A stretch of 63,520 bases of DNA, the filler included, from Rhabdomonas costata (taxonomy: Eukaryota), in NCBI GenBank assembly GCA_019059605.1. It is 36 parts of 36 records of this genome, joined end to end, with 100 filler letters (N's around TTAATTAATTAA, not from the genome) between each part and the next. Parts side by side here need not be neighbours in the genome. Positions count along the whole stretch, not along the records: positions 1 to 1,668 come from JAHMHO010010982.1; positions 1,769 to 3,436 come from JAHMHO010010983.1; positions 3,537 to 5,204 come from JAHMHO010010984.1; positions 5,305 to 6,972 come from JAHMHO010010985.1; positions 7,073 to 8,739 come from JAHMHO010010986.1; positions 8,840 to 10,508 come from JAHMHO010010987.1; positions 10,609 to 12,275 come from JAHMHO010010988.1; positions 12,376 to 14,043 come from JAHMHO010010989.1; 28 more parts are not named here. One strand, given 5' to 3'. How positions within the stretch are numbered: position 1 is the first letter of the stretch; every line of letters begins with the position of its first letter. This document shows positions 1 to 12,648 of this stretch, piece after piece. The position numbers were made by a program, and so were the translations under genes. The notes beneath the pieces were generated by a model. The model did no database searches. It worked only from the letters and a program-made list of their open reading frames with translations, and had not been told where the DNA came from.

Positions 1-2
1 TG

Positions 3-175
3 TTTTTGGGCCACCGTGGTTTGGTTCTGGAAGCTTACCGTAGCGGTGTACTCCTTGAAGGGCTCGTACTCACGGAAGAAGACCTCTGGGGGGCTGACCA
101 CGATGGGGAGCTCCCGCTGCGTGACGGTGGTCTTGGGGCTGAGCTGGGAGTCGGTAGGAACCGCAGATAGGGGCC
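3..175 (-). CDS. Exon of a probable ASH/Ig-like ciliary protein (HYDIN/DLEC1/CFAP74-like), partial
   Basis: After a CTCAG acceptor the minus strand reads PLSAVPTDSQLSPKTTVTQRELPIVVSPPEVFFREYEPFKEYTATVSFQNQTTVAQK. The pattern P-x-x-V-x-F-x-x-Y-x-P-x-x-x-Y-x(5)-F-x-N resembles the start of ASH domains. GC3 is high. Confidence 0.45.
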
Positions 176-1668
176 CTGAGGAAGGCAGGGTGCTGTTCTG
201 GGCCGAAGCCCGGGAGCCCAGGATCCCGGGCTTGCCCCGGTACCCACCCTTGGGGGGCATATGCAGATACTACAACAATGGTGGTCGGAAAATAGGGGGT
301 TCACACGCACACGTGCAAAAAAAGGGAAGGAGAGATGAAAGATAAACAACGGGGAACTGCAATTCAAGGTAGAGTACGGTGCATAAGCAACAGGAAACAA
401 CGCCAGGGTGCATGTGGGATTTCCAGCGCAAGATCTCCATTCTCGTTTCGCTTTGTTGAACTGCCTTCCCTCCCTAGGGAAGGCCGCCGACCCTGCCCAA
501 CCAGCTCACCAAATCGCAGTGCATCGCAATGCCAGAATCAGGCCAAGAGGGAGGGAATTGGGCTCTGCAGGTGGTGAGAATTGCGGTTGCGGTGAATACC
601 ACTGCACACAATTGTTAAGGTAAAGTGTGTGCGTTCATGACACTAAAAGCTGTGAGAAAGCGAAGAGTTCACAGCGCTGACCAGTATCATCCAGTGCCAT
701 CGTTTAAAACGGATTAAGGAATGCCACCTGTTCTGTGCTTTTCAATTAGTTTGCTGAAATTTTGTTTCAGTCCGATACAACGACAAAGGGGGTGAATGCA
801 GCCTCACCATTCTCGAAGAAGTCAGAGAACACCTCGCAGCAGGGACACAGCGTAAAGACACACAACCTATGGGCACACCAGCCATTTTCAAGGAATCCAG
901 CAGGTGGGAAATCCCGACCTGAGTGGCAACCAAAGCGTTTGCCAAAGTTCGGGCTGCCCCACGCCAGATAGCAACAATCACTCCATGACGCAATCGTGAA
1001 TAGATGAGAGGGGAGGGAACCATGACATAGCATAACACCGGGGGGTTCACCGAACGGATGACTGGGTCTGGGGATGAGTAAGTGTGTATGTGTGTACTTG
1101 AGCTGAAGAGGTCTGTCGCTCTCCCTCACTCTGTCTGTGATTCTCCCACGGACTGTGTCGGAAAACGCAATGTCAATATAAGCATTACCCAACATCATTA
1201 AGGCGTTCTGCTGAACCGAGCTACGAAGTAGAAACACCCACCCCAATACACTTTTCACAGCGGAAAGGTGACGAATCCCAGAAAGCTCAAACCAGAGGTG
1301 CAAGCCGCGCGTGCGGAAGAGCAGGCAAACGTCTCTCCGAGAAAGAACGAGGAGCCGCGGGCTGCCGCCCGAAGCCCAATAACAGCTCTTTTTCGTGGAC
1401 TTTGATTTCTCAGCCACACAAAAGCTCCAGGCCATAGAGAACCAATTTGAAGGCAACACAGAACGAAGGATTTCCCATCCATGCTCTCCGTAGGCGCAAA
1501 CCAAGAACTGTCACCCACTCCCTCCCCACAAAGGGGCCACAAAAGACAAGGCTGTGGAGGCCAACCCTGTGCACACACGAAGAAATGGTTGAGAGTGAGC
1601 AGCAGCACAACAACGGGAAGAGGGCGTGGCTCAGTCCCACTGGCCACGGCACCCCCCCCTGAGGAATT

Positions 1669-1768
1669 NNNNNNNNNNNNNNNNNNNNNNNNNNNNNNNN
1701 NNNNNNNNNNNNTTAATTAATTAANNNNNNNNNNNNNNNNNNNNNNNNNNNNNNNNNNNNNNNNNNNN
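1669..1768. other. Artificial contig-joining spacer N44-TTAATTAATTAA-N44 (first of 35 identical copies, about every 1.77 kb; last at 61756-61855)
   Basis: Exactly 44 N, then TTAATTAATTAA, then 44 N, repeated at near-constant spacing. The 12-mer gives stop codons in all six frames. Flanking contigs are unrelated and of near-identical length. Confidence 0.99.
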
Positions 1769-2262
1769 GTTGTTGTGAAAAATGATGCAGCAAAGGAACT
1801 AGGGGGCCTGAACACAAGAGGCAAAAAATATAAACGACAATTCAGGTCAATTCAATTCAATTCTAAATTCAAAGTTCAATGCAACCCTGCGTGGAGCAAG
1901 AAGAAGAACACAAGAGGAGCTCGGGAAGGCCGACGACGCGAGGGTGGGAGAGGGCAAAAAGTAAGGAAACGAGTGCTAATGCAAAAATAAAAAGAGGTGA
2001 TTGGATTACCCGAGAAGCGAGCACAGGTTGGAGCACAGGAGAGTACAAACGCTGTGTTTATTGTTCGGGTGAAAGGCAAACCAACAATATACACGGGTGA
2101 GCAAAGGCTGAAAAAAAGCCAAGATGGAGAACGAGAGCAAACGGAACACCGATTGAGTGGACCGTTCCGTTTTGGGCCCCACCTCCCCACCTTGGGCATT
2201 TGCCCAAAGTGGGTGTTGAAGGAGGAAAAGCTCTCTCTGCAAAAAAGTAAACGAGAAGACAC

Positions 2263-2898
2263 CTTCACTAAGAACATCCACAGTGCCCCCTGCGGGACCC
2301 ATCATCGCGTGGGTTTTCCCTGAAGCAGTCTGCCCATAGGCCAAAATGGTTCCGTTATATCCACTGACGACGCTGTCCACCAAAGGAAGTCCAATGAGCT
2401 CGAACACCTTAAGAAGCAAAAGAAAAAAAAAGAAAAAGAAGAAGAAGAACAAAACGACCACACTGGGAACCGCAGTAAACGGGAACGTACGACATTGAGA
2501 AAAGGAGACACCTCATCCTGCGTTGAGTCCATGGGAAAGACCTTGTCAAACGTGAACAACTTTTGCCCAAATGCAGGGTTTGCGCAGTCAATCTGAACGA
2601 AAATACCACACTACACGCCGATTCGAATTTTGATTTGATCACAGTATTCGCAGTTTTATTTCACGACAGCCGTCCAAAAAACCGCTTGCAAACAAACACA
2701 CGTGTGCTGTTGTGAAGAATTGAAAAAGACGTGATCAAAAAATGCCCCTCAATAACTGAGACGTACCGTAACTTCCGTCGAGTTGCCTCTGGGAATTGTC
2801 ACGCACATTGCCCCACCCCGGGCCTTTTCCTTGTCGTTCTCCGGCCTGAACCGGACAACAACCTGGACTCGCTCAGCAGCCGCGCTCATGGTTGCCAT
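2263..2898 (-). CDS. Kinesin motor domain, N-terminal three exons (2898-2767, 2592-2512, 2407-2263)
   Basis: Spliced with in-frame GT-AG introns: [108 protein letters not shown]. Contains the VRFRP, FTFDKVF and P-loop GQTASGKT motifs. Confidence 0.96.
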
Positions 2899-3129
2899 AA
2901 CGTCGGAAAAAACTCTCCCTAACTGAAAGGAATCACATGCATGCTCCTGAGGGCTGTATTGTCCAAACCCACAGAACTTCGCAGATGCAACCCTTTATTT
3001 TTGAAGAAATGGTGACCATAAACCAACACCCTGAAGCAGCGGATTCATTGAAAAACAAAGCAACAAACAACTGCAAAGAGAAAAGAGGAGATTGAAGTGG
3101 TTTGGCCAGGTGCACATTTTGTCTGAAGC

Positions 3130-3390
3130 ATGGCAAATGGTCCAAATCACTGGCAGGCTTTCTTTCACTTCCGCCGGATTGTTGAGATCGCGTTTGCAAA
3201 AAGCGATCCAGCTGCTAATTTTGAACCTGCGGCTGCTGCTCCAGCCGCTGCACCTGCTGAAGACAAACCCAAGAAACCTAAGACTACACAGGAACAGGCC
3301 GAGGCTAAAGTTGCTGATTTTCTTGCTAAAGTGGGGGTTAAGCTGAAACTCGACAGCCCCCCACCCCCCGTGAACCAGATGGTTCACGTC
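3130..3390 (+). CDS. Possible Ala/Pro/Lys-rich exon of an unknown protein, divergent from kinesin
   Basis: Protein-like ORF AKSDPAANFEPAAAAPAAAPAEDKPKKPKTTQEQAEAKVADFLAKVGVKL. No family recognised. Confidence 0.3.
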
Positions 3391-3662
3391 CGTGAACCAA
3401 TATCTGGGTATCAGAATCCAGGCCGCAACCCAACCCNNNNNNNNNNNNNNNNNNNNNNNNNNNNNNNNNNNNNNNNNNNNTTAATTAATTAANNNNNNNN
3501 NNNNNNNNNNNNNNNNNNNNNNNNNNNNNNNNNNNNAACAACAGCAGTCACCCTACCGGGGGGGGGCATAAATGCACTAGCGCCCAAACAGCAAAAAGGA
3601 TGAAAGAAAATATACAGCCGCATTGAAAGCCAGGGAAACAGTTTTATGAAGCAACGAGACCA

Positions 3663-4757
3663 CCTCCCCCTTGAGCTCGCTCAGAAGTACCTCAAACTGG
3701 ACCTCATGCCTCCGAAAAAGTCGAGCAACGGCCTTCACTGATCGTGAAACGGCAGCAACTGAAGGGACGTTAGCAGGAACTTCAGGAGGGGCCTGTAACC
3801 ATGAAAGAAAATAGGCACCAGTTCAAGTTTGTCGTTTCGAACGGAAGCGGTCCTCAAGTGGGGGCCGACTGTTCAACTGGAGTGTAGCTCCGTCTCTGAT
3901 GATTGTAACTAATGCCCAAAAGCGCGGGACGTGAGCGGCCGTGAGGGTTTCCAATGTGGTCCACCTGGTGAAACGGGTTCACTCGTTTTTTGGGCCCGAA
4001 AGTGGCGGGATGACAGTACTGGTGGGAATGCTCCCAAATCGGGCCTTGAGACCTTCTCACGCCTTGCAAAGCAGGAAAAAGAGGAATATATGCTGCAAAA
4101 AAAACCTCAATGAGCGATGGAAAGTTATTGAAGGGGGCACTCTTGGCAGATCGGGTCCGCACAGCATTCCAGTTTTTTTTACACTTGTAAATAGTGCGTG
4201 TTCGCGTGTTGGAGGGTTCTGGCGCACCGGCGGTGCCAGTTTCTGCTGCTCTTCAGACGCAGCCAGCAAGGCCGCAGCCAATGCAGCCGCCACGGCCACC
4301 GCAACGTTCACTGACCGCGCTTGTTGCACCACCTCCACACTCAGGCCGAGAACCTGCAACCCTCCCCCCATCCAAAAAATATATGTCAAACGTTTCCAAG
4401 GGTCAAACACACCTGTAGGTGAACATCATACTGCCGCACATGGCTGATATACATGACCTGACTGTTCTGAGTACCCAAACGCGTACACTGGGCACTACAC
4501 GACTCCAATCCCAACCACGCGGCAGCAGTGAAGCATGAACAACGCCAAGATCGGGTGCAGGGAGGGGGTTGGGGGCACACTTCCGCAACAGAGGGGACGG
4601 GCGGCCGCGGCAGCTGCGGCACCCGCGGCAGTAGCACCGGGTCCCGGCCCACGGTCCACTCCCTCTCAGATATCGGCACGTACAGCCCCATAGGCTGGTC
4701 CCACGTGTAGTCGGAGTGGTACAGGAAGAACTTATCATACTCCCCACGGCGGCCCTG
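3663..4757 (-). CDS. Multi-exon fragment of an unknown protein (exons about 4757-4590, 4353-4229, 3792-3663)
   Basis: GC-rich blocks bounded by CAG acceptors and GT donors, reading EYDKFFLYHSDYTWDQPMGLYVPISEREWTVGRDPVLLPRVP, VLGLSVEVVQQARSV and PPPEVPANVPSVAAVSRSVKAVARLFRRHEVQFEVLL. Confidence 0.4.
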
Positions 4758-5304
4758 TGGGCAACCGGGGGGGGGGGCTTGCCCAGTGCTTCCTTGCGGT
4801 TCCCATTATCAGAACACAGAACAGTACAGACGAAAAAGTTTACCAGCTTGCGCGGCTGGAGGACGGTACGATGCTCAAAACGTAAAGCAGGTAACATCAT
4901 AAATAAAACATCATAAATAAAGAACGAACGAAATAAATTATGGTTTTAGAGTAAAAAGAGGACATCTAACCCGGAAAAAAATCAGCGTTTGAATGATATA
5001 CTATGGAAAACGTGACCGCGAAATTCGCCGCGCGCTAATCCCTTCCTTTGGGGCGTTACTTACTTTATTTGGATAGTCAAGCGAAACCCTACCCAATCCC
5101 GCACGTTTGCTTTGCCTCCTGGCAACCCTATTCCACCGTTGCATCCCGACTCCACTCATCCACAACTTACTCGAGTGATTGCCGGCATTTCTACCACCAG
5201 CAGANNNNNNNNNNNNNNNNNNNNNNNNNNNNNNNNNNNNNNNNNNNNTTAATTAATTAANNNNNNNNNNNNNNNNNNNNNNNNNNNNNNNNNNNNNNNN
5301 NNNN

Positions 5305-6686
5305 GCCGGTGCCCCGCGTGCGGCCGGCGTGCAGAAGGGCGGAAGCGTCATGAAGCCTGAGCAGATCCCCCGAGGTGCTCGCAATCGCATCAAAAATGGG
5401 GGTAAGCACCACGATCATAGCCAGATAGAAACCAAAAGCCTGGATTACGCTGATTACTTCCTTTTTCCCTATTGCTACCTGCCCTGGCGGGGCGGGATAG
5501 AGAGGGAGCATTGAATCAGTATACACCCCGGATACACCCCAAAATAACCATCAAACGTAAAATCAGAGCACATATGTATTGCGCTGATGATATGCGACCC
5601 ACGGCCGAGCACTGGGATGCACAATGGGCATACTGACCCCCTCCTTTTTCAGGGAACTGCATGCACTCCAGGGCCAAGACATTTTAGCACCAAAATTATG
5701 TGATTAATACGCCTTTCAGATCCAAACACAGGATAGTGTGTGTCTTTACAGAGCTTTTAGGGTAAGCCTAACCTTACTCAGATGAGATCACACGGGTACT
5801 CCATCTATACCGAGGAAGATCATCACCATCACAGAAAAATCCGGTTCGGAGCACAACCATCAACGACCGTGTGCGCCAATCACATGCGTCATTCAGGAGG
5901 CAAGGGACGATACAAAGACCAAGACACCAGCAACCCACGCATACCTCTCCGTCAGCTGCTGGCGGAGGATGCTCCTCACTGGGGAGGCAAACGAGGCCTC
6001 CCCAAACCTTCCCAGCCGCAGCGTCCCTGTGGAGACCTGTCCGTTCCGCGGCAGCTCCGGGGACGCCACCGCGGCCCCAGACCGGCGGGCAGCCACGAAG
6101 CGGCCCACCCAGGAGTCCCACGACAGAGAGGGAGTCCACAGCGGTCTTCTAACCCAAAAGCGCGGGGGTGGAGAGTTTTCCATTAAACCACTAACCGCCA
6201 GGATAACCGCTACAAAGAAATGGGCGGTTGTTTCACTTTCGCTTCACTGTCGGCCTTTGTTTCTTTCCAATATTTTCTCCCCATCTTCACAGAGACCCCG
6301 TTTGCGGCACAATAAGAAGAAAACGTCAGATGGGGAGTACCGGATTATTTCAATGCTCTTGGGGGCAGGGATTCCCTCGAACCGCTGACCGATCGGTGAA
6401 CCGCGGCCACAGAAACAGCAGAAAAAGAGGGGCTTCACTCTTGTTTTGGTCCTTCTCTGTGGCGTGAAGCCTTAATTTAGTTTTAACCACGCTTCAGGCT
6501 GCTAAAGCTAGAAGGCCGAGCTTCCTCCCGATGCGATTCAGTCCGTCCACCCAAGGTGCTGGCCACGCCGGAAGAGAGTTCCGTTGACCGCGGAAAAGGA
6601 GGTGACTCCTTAGCAGCGTCCACACCACACCCACGCAGCACAGCAACGACAACTATCCAAAGCGCCAGCCAGCAGTAAAAACGCAT
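5305..6686 (-). CDS. 5' part of a signal-peptide-bearing membrane protein of unknown family
   Basis: N-terminus MRFYCWLALWIVVVAVLRGCGVDA looks like a signal peptide. A later hydrophobic exon reads VISVIQAFGFYLAMIVVLTPIFDAIA. The internal exon frame is unresolved. Confidence 0.4.
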
Positions 6687-7166
6687 CTTCCGTGTTCCCA
6701 ACGGGAATGGGCCCAGGTCACAACAAAAAAATGGGACCAAATTGTCCAAAAGAGCGAAGCTGGGATTGAGAAATATCTCAAAGATAAACACAAGATAAGT
6801 AAATCGTATTGCACACCACTACGCTCTCCTCTCATTAGCACCCCAAAATTCATTTTTTTCATTTTTCATCGGCAAATGAACTTGACTTCAAGCGTTGGCA
6901 CGAACCTCTCAAATGCACGGGGCCCATTCGGCTCCGTCCCGCACACACACGCCACACCCAACACACCCAACANNNNNNNNNNNNNNNNNNNNNNNNNNNN
7001 NNNNNNNNNNNNNNNNTTAATTAATTAANNNNNNNNNNNNNNNNNNNNNNNNNNNNNNNNNNNNNNNNNNNNGTGGGGGTCGGAAGGACTGCGCAACCAT
7101 ACCAATCAGCGCAGTAGAAAAGAAAGGCGAGGCAGGCAGAAGAAAAAAGGAGGGGAACTGCGCAAC

Positions 7167-8100
7167 CTGTAGGGCGCGCTGCTTACCCTTCTCCATCTCC
7201 GCCATCTTGAATGCCTCGAGTTGCTGTCGCTTTTCTTCTGCAGCTTTCTCCTTCGCTTCCAGGAGCTCCTTCCGCTCGGCTGAAAACCGAACCATCAGGC
7301 AGGCGCGGAGCAGGCCAATCACTCCAGCAAAAACCACGCGAAAAAGGGGCAGCGAGTAGAATTGGATATCTCAGCACTCCTAGTGCATAAGCGTGTCATC
7401 CCGGTGGATGAAACATTCAAGCGCATTTCAACTTTCGCGTTTCTAATAGAATACATCAACGAGAACAGGAAGAAATACACAAAAATACACAGAAATACAC
7501 AGAAAGGAAAACCTAGCAAGGAATTCTGAAGGTCCTTGTTCTTCTGCAGCCGAGCCTCATGCCGCCGGCGGGTTTCTTCTTGTAGCTGAGAAGTAACCCC
7601 CCCTCCTCTCTCACAATCCTGGAAGCTCACACCATTGGCTGAGGGAGGGCCAAAGGAGGGCATACCAGGAATTAACAAAGGACAACAAAGGACATCAAGG
7701 CTGAAAAGGCCCCTCTGAGTAGTTTAGCAGCAGGACTTCTCACCACCCAGCCTCGTTTTCCATCACCACAGACCTGCCGTTAGGTCCCCGTAATGCGCTT
7801 GACAACGATGGCTGATTTATTTTCAAAAAAACAAAAACCAATAAGTTGAGGGGACGAAGGGATGAGAACACCTATTTGTAAGAGAGCCCAACCCACCACC
7901 GCTGCAACCCCAGGCAACCGAAGCAGACCTGCCGCTTTGCCTCCTGGGCCTCCGTCAGGCTCTCCACTCGGGCCTGCTCCTTCCTGGCCAGCTCCTTCAC
8001 GCTTTGCCTCACCCTACACACAAGCCGCAGCGCCGTGCTGCACAACACCTCCATCGCCACCCTCCGCCAGCTCTCCTCCGTTGTCATGGAGAGGTGCGCT
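7167..8100 (-). CDS. Coiled-coil protein fragment (at least 3 exons)
   Basis: Exons QSVKELARKEQARVESLTEAQEAKRQ, LQEETRRRHEARLQKNKDLQNSLL and AERKELLEAKEKAAEEKRQQLEAFKMAEMEKGKQRALQ. The last two join in frame through a GT-AG intron. Confidence 0.6.
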
Positions 8101-9164
8101 GTGTGCCTCCCTCCCCATTGGTTTGGATTGATGTGCAATTCTTCGATGATCGACGCTTCGCCCTCTGCCCTTACTCTTTTTTTTTCCTTGTTTTTGCTGA
8201 ACGTGCCCTATTGATCGCCGCCGTTAGGAACAGTACCTAATGATGTTGTTTGAGATTCTTGTGTTAAACAGACGTGTGCGATCAGCATGCGCCTGTGCTT
8301 TGGCCTCTGATGGATCTAATGGGTCTAATCTTGCCTCGTAATCGCCGACCCTCACAACTTCTAGAGGCGCCATCAGACTGCATGTGGGCACCCTGGGGTT
8401 CTATGCGATGACATGCGATGAGAGGGTGCGTGTGTGAGCGGTGTTGTTCGATAGCGGCCTGGTTTCTTTGCACATATTCGCACAGCATAGATTCCCAGTA
8501 ACAGCCCTCTTTGCGTCCGTCCCATGCTCAGTTATCCGCAGGTTGAACTTCTTCCTCGTTAATAATGCGAAAACACCTTTGGAACGACCGTCATTTTTAA
8601 TCCCAGGCTCTGCTCGATCCCGCGAAAGTCCCCCGTCGATGCTGTCAAGGCTCCGGCCTTTTCACCAGCCAAGGTCACATCGCCAACTCCAGAGGTGTTC
8701 GCTGCTGTGCTTATTACCGCCACCCAAACACACCCACAANNNNNNNNNNNNNNNNNNNNNNNNNNNNNNNNNNNNNNNNNNNNTTAATTAATTAANNNNN
8801 NNNNNNNNNNNNNNNNNNNNNNNNNNNNNNNNNNNNNNNGGGTGGTGGGAGCAGCCGTTAAGCGCTTTATGACGTTTTGCGCTTTTGTTTGTTTTGATAT
8901 TATTAAGCTGTTGTGCACCAGTGTAGGCTCTTCTTTTGTAGAGACCCAGAGGATAACGAATTTCTCAAGATTTCGGACAGATGATTCTGCAGGAGCAAGG
9001 GGGAAATGCAGATATCTGGAAGATTCACATCATAACTGCCTTCAGCCGTGAAGGGCCCGAAAGACAGCAACCGCGGGCGTGTACCAACTTTATTCGTGTA
9101 GCGATGGTATGCAGTAGTATTCCTAAAACGGTTAAACCCCCAAAGAAGACATGACCCGAACGCA

Positions 9165-10393
9165 CCTTTGCTCCGAAATCTCCCAGAAGTCGTCTCAGGA
9201 ACACCGATGCTGCGACCCAGAAACGCTCGGAGTCCGCCGAGCTGAGCATCCAGAACTCTGGCATCGACAGAGAATGGAAGCACTTCACATCAAGGAAGGG
9301 CGTTCTCTCTATCACTCTCTCGACAACGCAGTTTACTCAAAAGAAAAAACGAAATGTGCGTGTAAACCCGCCACATTATCATGGATAACTTGGTTTCACA
9401 CCTCCGCAAGGCAGACCGAAACCTAGCCTGACGTCTTCTCACGCAGGTTGTGCACCCAACGAGTCCTATTTTTTTTGCTGTTCCTTGATATTAGTGAAGA
9501 AGTCCAAAGCGCGAAAACCGGGAGTGCCTCAAATACACCACAATGCCGAGGGCAAAGATCGATTTCTGGCCTACAAGTTTGGTTCCTAAAACCTGGAACC
9601 CAGCCGGTGGTGCGAAATGAGCCGCTCTGCAACAGGCCGAAAGCTCACCTGCTTCTGACACTGACGCATACCTCCGACGTGCTCGGAGGGGACAATCACA
9701 AATTCCTGTACTCCGCGAAGGTTCTGGTTAACCTGCAGCGCAGCATTGGTGGCCGGAGGAAGCCCCATACGAGGGAGGTCCAAGTAGTGCAACCTCTGGG
9801 CCTGGCTGGGATAGCAAACATAACACCCGGTACCAAGACGCGTACTGCTGGAGCTCATGGGTCTTATCGCCGAAACCAGAAATAGAACAGCAGTACAGCG
9901 GGGGAGGCTCAATCCCTCCAGCGTCCTTCCAAAACAGAACGCTGATCACATGTCTGTAAACAGAAAGGGAGCATGCCATTTGGGCTTCAGAAAATATCGA
10001 AAGACAAAGAAAAGGGATCGTGGCGGTTTTCGGATACTTACAGATGGAACCACACGCGATCGCACTCGGATTTGTTTGTATGTGTGCTTATGTGTGAGAC
10101 TTGTGTGGCTGTGCTTGTCTCCACCACTCCTCTCAACTGCGCTGCCTTTCTACCATTATCGGGGGTGATCCGTGATCTGCGGTCTGGATTTCCCCATCGG
10201 CATAGCCTCCTTCGTTTTTCTGGATTTATCAGCTTTGGGATCACTACGAGCGACTCCGAGCGGAAAAAGAGAGCGCATTGGGGAAATCCCCTGCCTTGCC
10301 CGTTTGCGTTCACGGGCGCCGTTTGTCTTGCTCGCAGAGCAAGCCTTTCCAGGAGAAACGAATTCATCATACACCAAAGGCTGGTCGAAGCCC
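9165..10393 (-). CDS. Probable exons of an unknown protein
   Basis: Blocks GFDQPLVYDEFVSPGK, AQRLHYLDLPRMGLPPATNAALQVNQNLRGVQEFVIVPSEHVG and EFWMLSSADSERFWVAASVFLRRLLGDFGAK, with splice-like borders. Confidence 0.3.
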
Positions 10394-12648
10394 CTGCAGT
10401 TGGGCATTCGAGTCCAAACCGTTGTCACTAGACACCACACAAAAGCAAAAAAAAAACCAAGGAAGTCTCGCCCGTGACAGTAGATTCGTCACCGGGGCCA
10501 CCCAAACCNNNNNNNNNNNNNNNNNNNNNNNNNNNNNNNNNNNNNNNNNNNNTTAATTAATTAANNNNNNNNNNNNNNNNNNNNNNNNNNNNNNNNNNNN
10601 NNNNNNNNGTGTTTGTGGCTTTCAATTACTCAATTCACATAGTGGGATGACTAGTATTCGGCTTGGAAGGGACACGGTTTCAGTAGGGGGCCAAGGACTG
10701 CAAAAGGCATCAGAAGTGCCCGAACGTCGAGCTCTAACTGTGCCCCCTTCTTCCAAGATTGTCATAGCTGCCAAACCCGCAGCGGAATAGCTTCTTTTGA
10801 GGAGGAACAATGCTCCGATTCACTGCACCACCGGAATCATACGAAGGAAGCTTCTTTTAAGCCTTGCTCAATTGGAGGCAGCTCAAAAAAGTGACCGGCC
10901 ACGGACATCCTTGCCAAAAGTGATAAAAGGGTCGGACTGCAGTGCTATTTGACTGGATGGTATATACTTCAAAAAAGGATTTGCATTGCTTTATTTACAG
11001 CCAACTAAGAAGCAGAAACCACGCAAGCAGAAAAGTGTTGCATCCAAAGGATTGAAAGGTATCCTCTCTTCTCCATTGGAGCAAAAAGCACAGACGGCGA
11101 AGGAAAGAAATTTTACTCTTACAGTGACTGGAGGATTACAACCTGTCATCGCTGCGGATTATGAAACTCTGCCAAGAAAAGAGCAACAGAAGGAAAGCCA
11201 AAAACAACGCATTCGTGTGGTGGTAACCCAGGAACACGGACAAAAAGCCACAACTTTCCTTTAGACAAAAACAAGCTGAGGTTTCATGGTTCCAATTCGT
11301 ATCACTCCAATCAACAATGTGTGATCTTCAATTCGTGAATTACGGAGGCGTGGGTAGGGATGATTTCCTGCGCACACTTCAATTCACAAATGGGCAAATG
11401 GGCACAGCAAATACAAACCACATACAGTCATTGAAGGGAGGACAACTTCCGCAACCTGAAGCTGCAAAGCTCACTTTCCCCAGAAAGAGGGGTGCCTTAC
11501 ACCATTGCCGTGGTGTGGCACGGAGGAGCCATTAGCTTCGCAGCCTGAGCACTTCTGAGCATGGCCAAGGCCGCCCCACCCCAATGATTCTCCACCTAAA
11601 GGCACGCACATACAAAGGTAGGAGCTGGCAAAGGGTACAACAGATGCCTTTCTACTCAGTAGAAGGCTATCCTCATCGATGCCCACACAATGTCCGACAC
11701 TAGTCGTGTGGGTATACAACATGCTCTCAGCCTAGCGCCGAAACCCCGAAAAAGCGAAGAAAAAAAAGGCGTCGTGCAGCCACACACCAAAATAAAAAGG
11801 AAATAGCAATGCATCGCGAACTCTTCTTATGTATCTCAGATAATGAACGTCTATAACAGGACATCATACAACATACTGTTGGCACTAACGTGGTCATATA
11901 CTCGCCGCACGTTTCGCTTTGTTACATTGCTGTCATGTGCAGGTTTGTTTCACTGATGATGTTCCCTTTTATTCTTTCTTCTCGCCTCGCGTGCACGCTT
12001 GAGAAGACGAAAGAAAAACCACCACAGAAAATCGCTTCCACCTCTTCCGACATTCCCCAATCGAGTCATCACACTATGAATACATGTCATACCCAAGTTC
12101 GGCAATACATCCGCCACGACGCGCCACGACGGCCTCGCGAAGTGCAAAACATGTACGCACACATATGCCGCGGTGGACACTTTTGTTTGGCAAACTGCAT
12201 AGGTTGTTGGAAATTCTCACGTCCCAGAAACGCCATGACACTCACTCACAGGTGTACCAATATTACCAGAACTGCNNNNNNNNNNNNNNNNNNNNNNNNN
12301 NNNNNNNNNNNNNNNNNNNTTAATTAATTAANNNNNNNNNNNNNNNNNNNNNNNNNNNNNNNNNNNNNNNNNNNNGTTTGTGTTGGGATGGAATCAAGAG
12401 GGGATATGCACGCATCACTGGAAAAACGAGGACGGTGACTGCGAGGAGTATAAGGCCTTTGTGAGGCGTTTGGGTTGGGAAGAGGTGACCACTGTGACTC
12501 GTGCAATTCTTGTGCGTGGACTGGGGACAGAAACCGGCCCCTGTGGCGCTTTGCCAGAGTGTTGTGATTCGCACGTTTCGACTGAAGACCACTCGGGAAA
12601 CGACGAGTTTTGAACCGATTCTAACGGAGACGGAGGGGGGGGACCCAC

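Noticed and set aside
767..1504. Long ORFs such as 767-1504, 42673-43494, 55128-55826 and 56988-57641 as intact genes
   Set aside because: No recognisable motifs. They read through introns or lie antisense to real GC-rich exons.
3130..3492. ORF-track entries ending in X runs and LIN or N
   Set aside because: They read into the artificial spacer, so their ends are artefacts.
5583..5640. TGATGA...CTGA as a box C/D snoRNA
   Set aside because: Short, with no terminal stem or recognisable guide, and such motifs are expected by chance.
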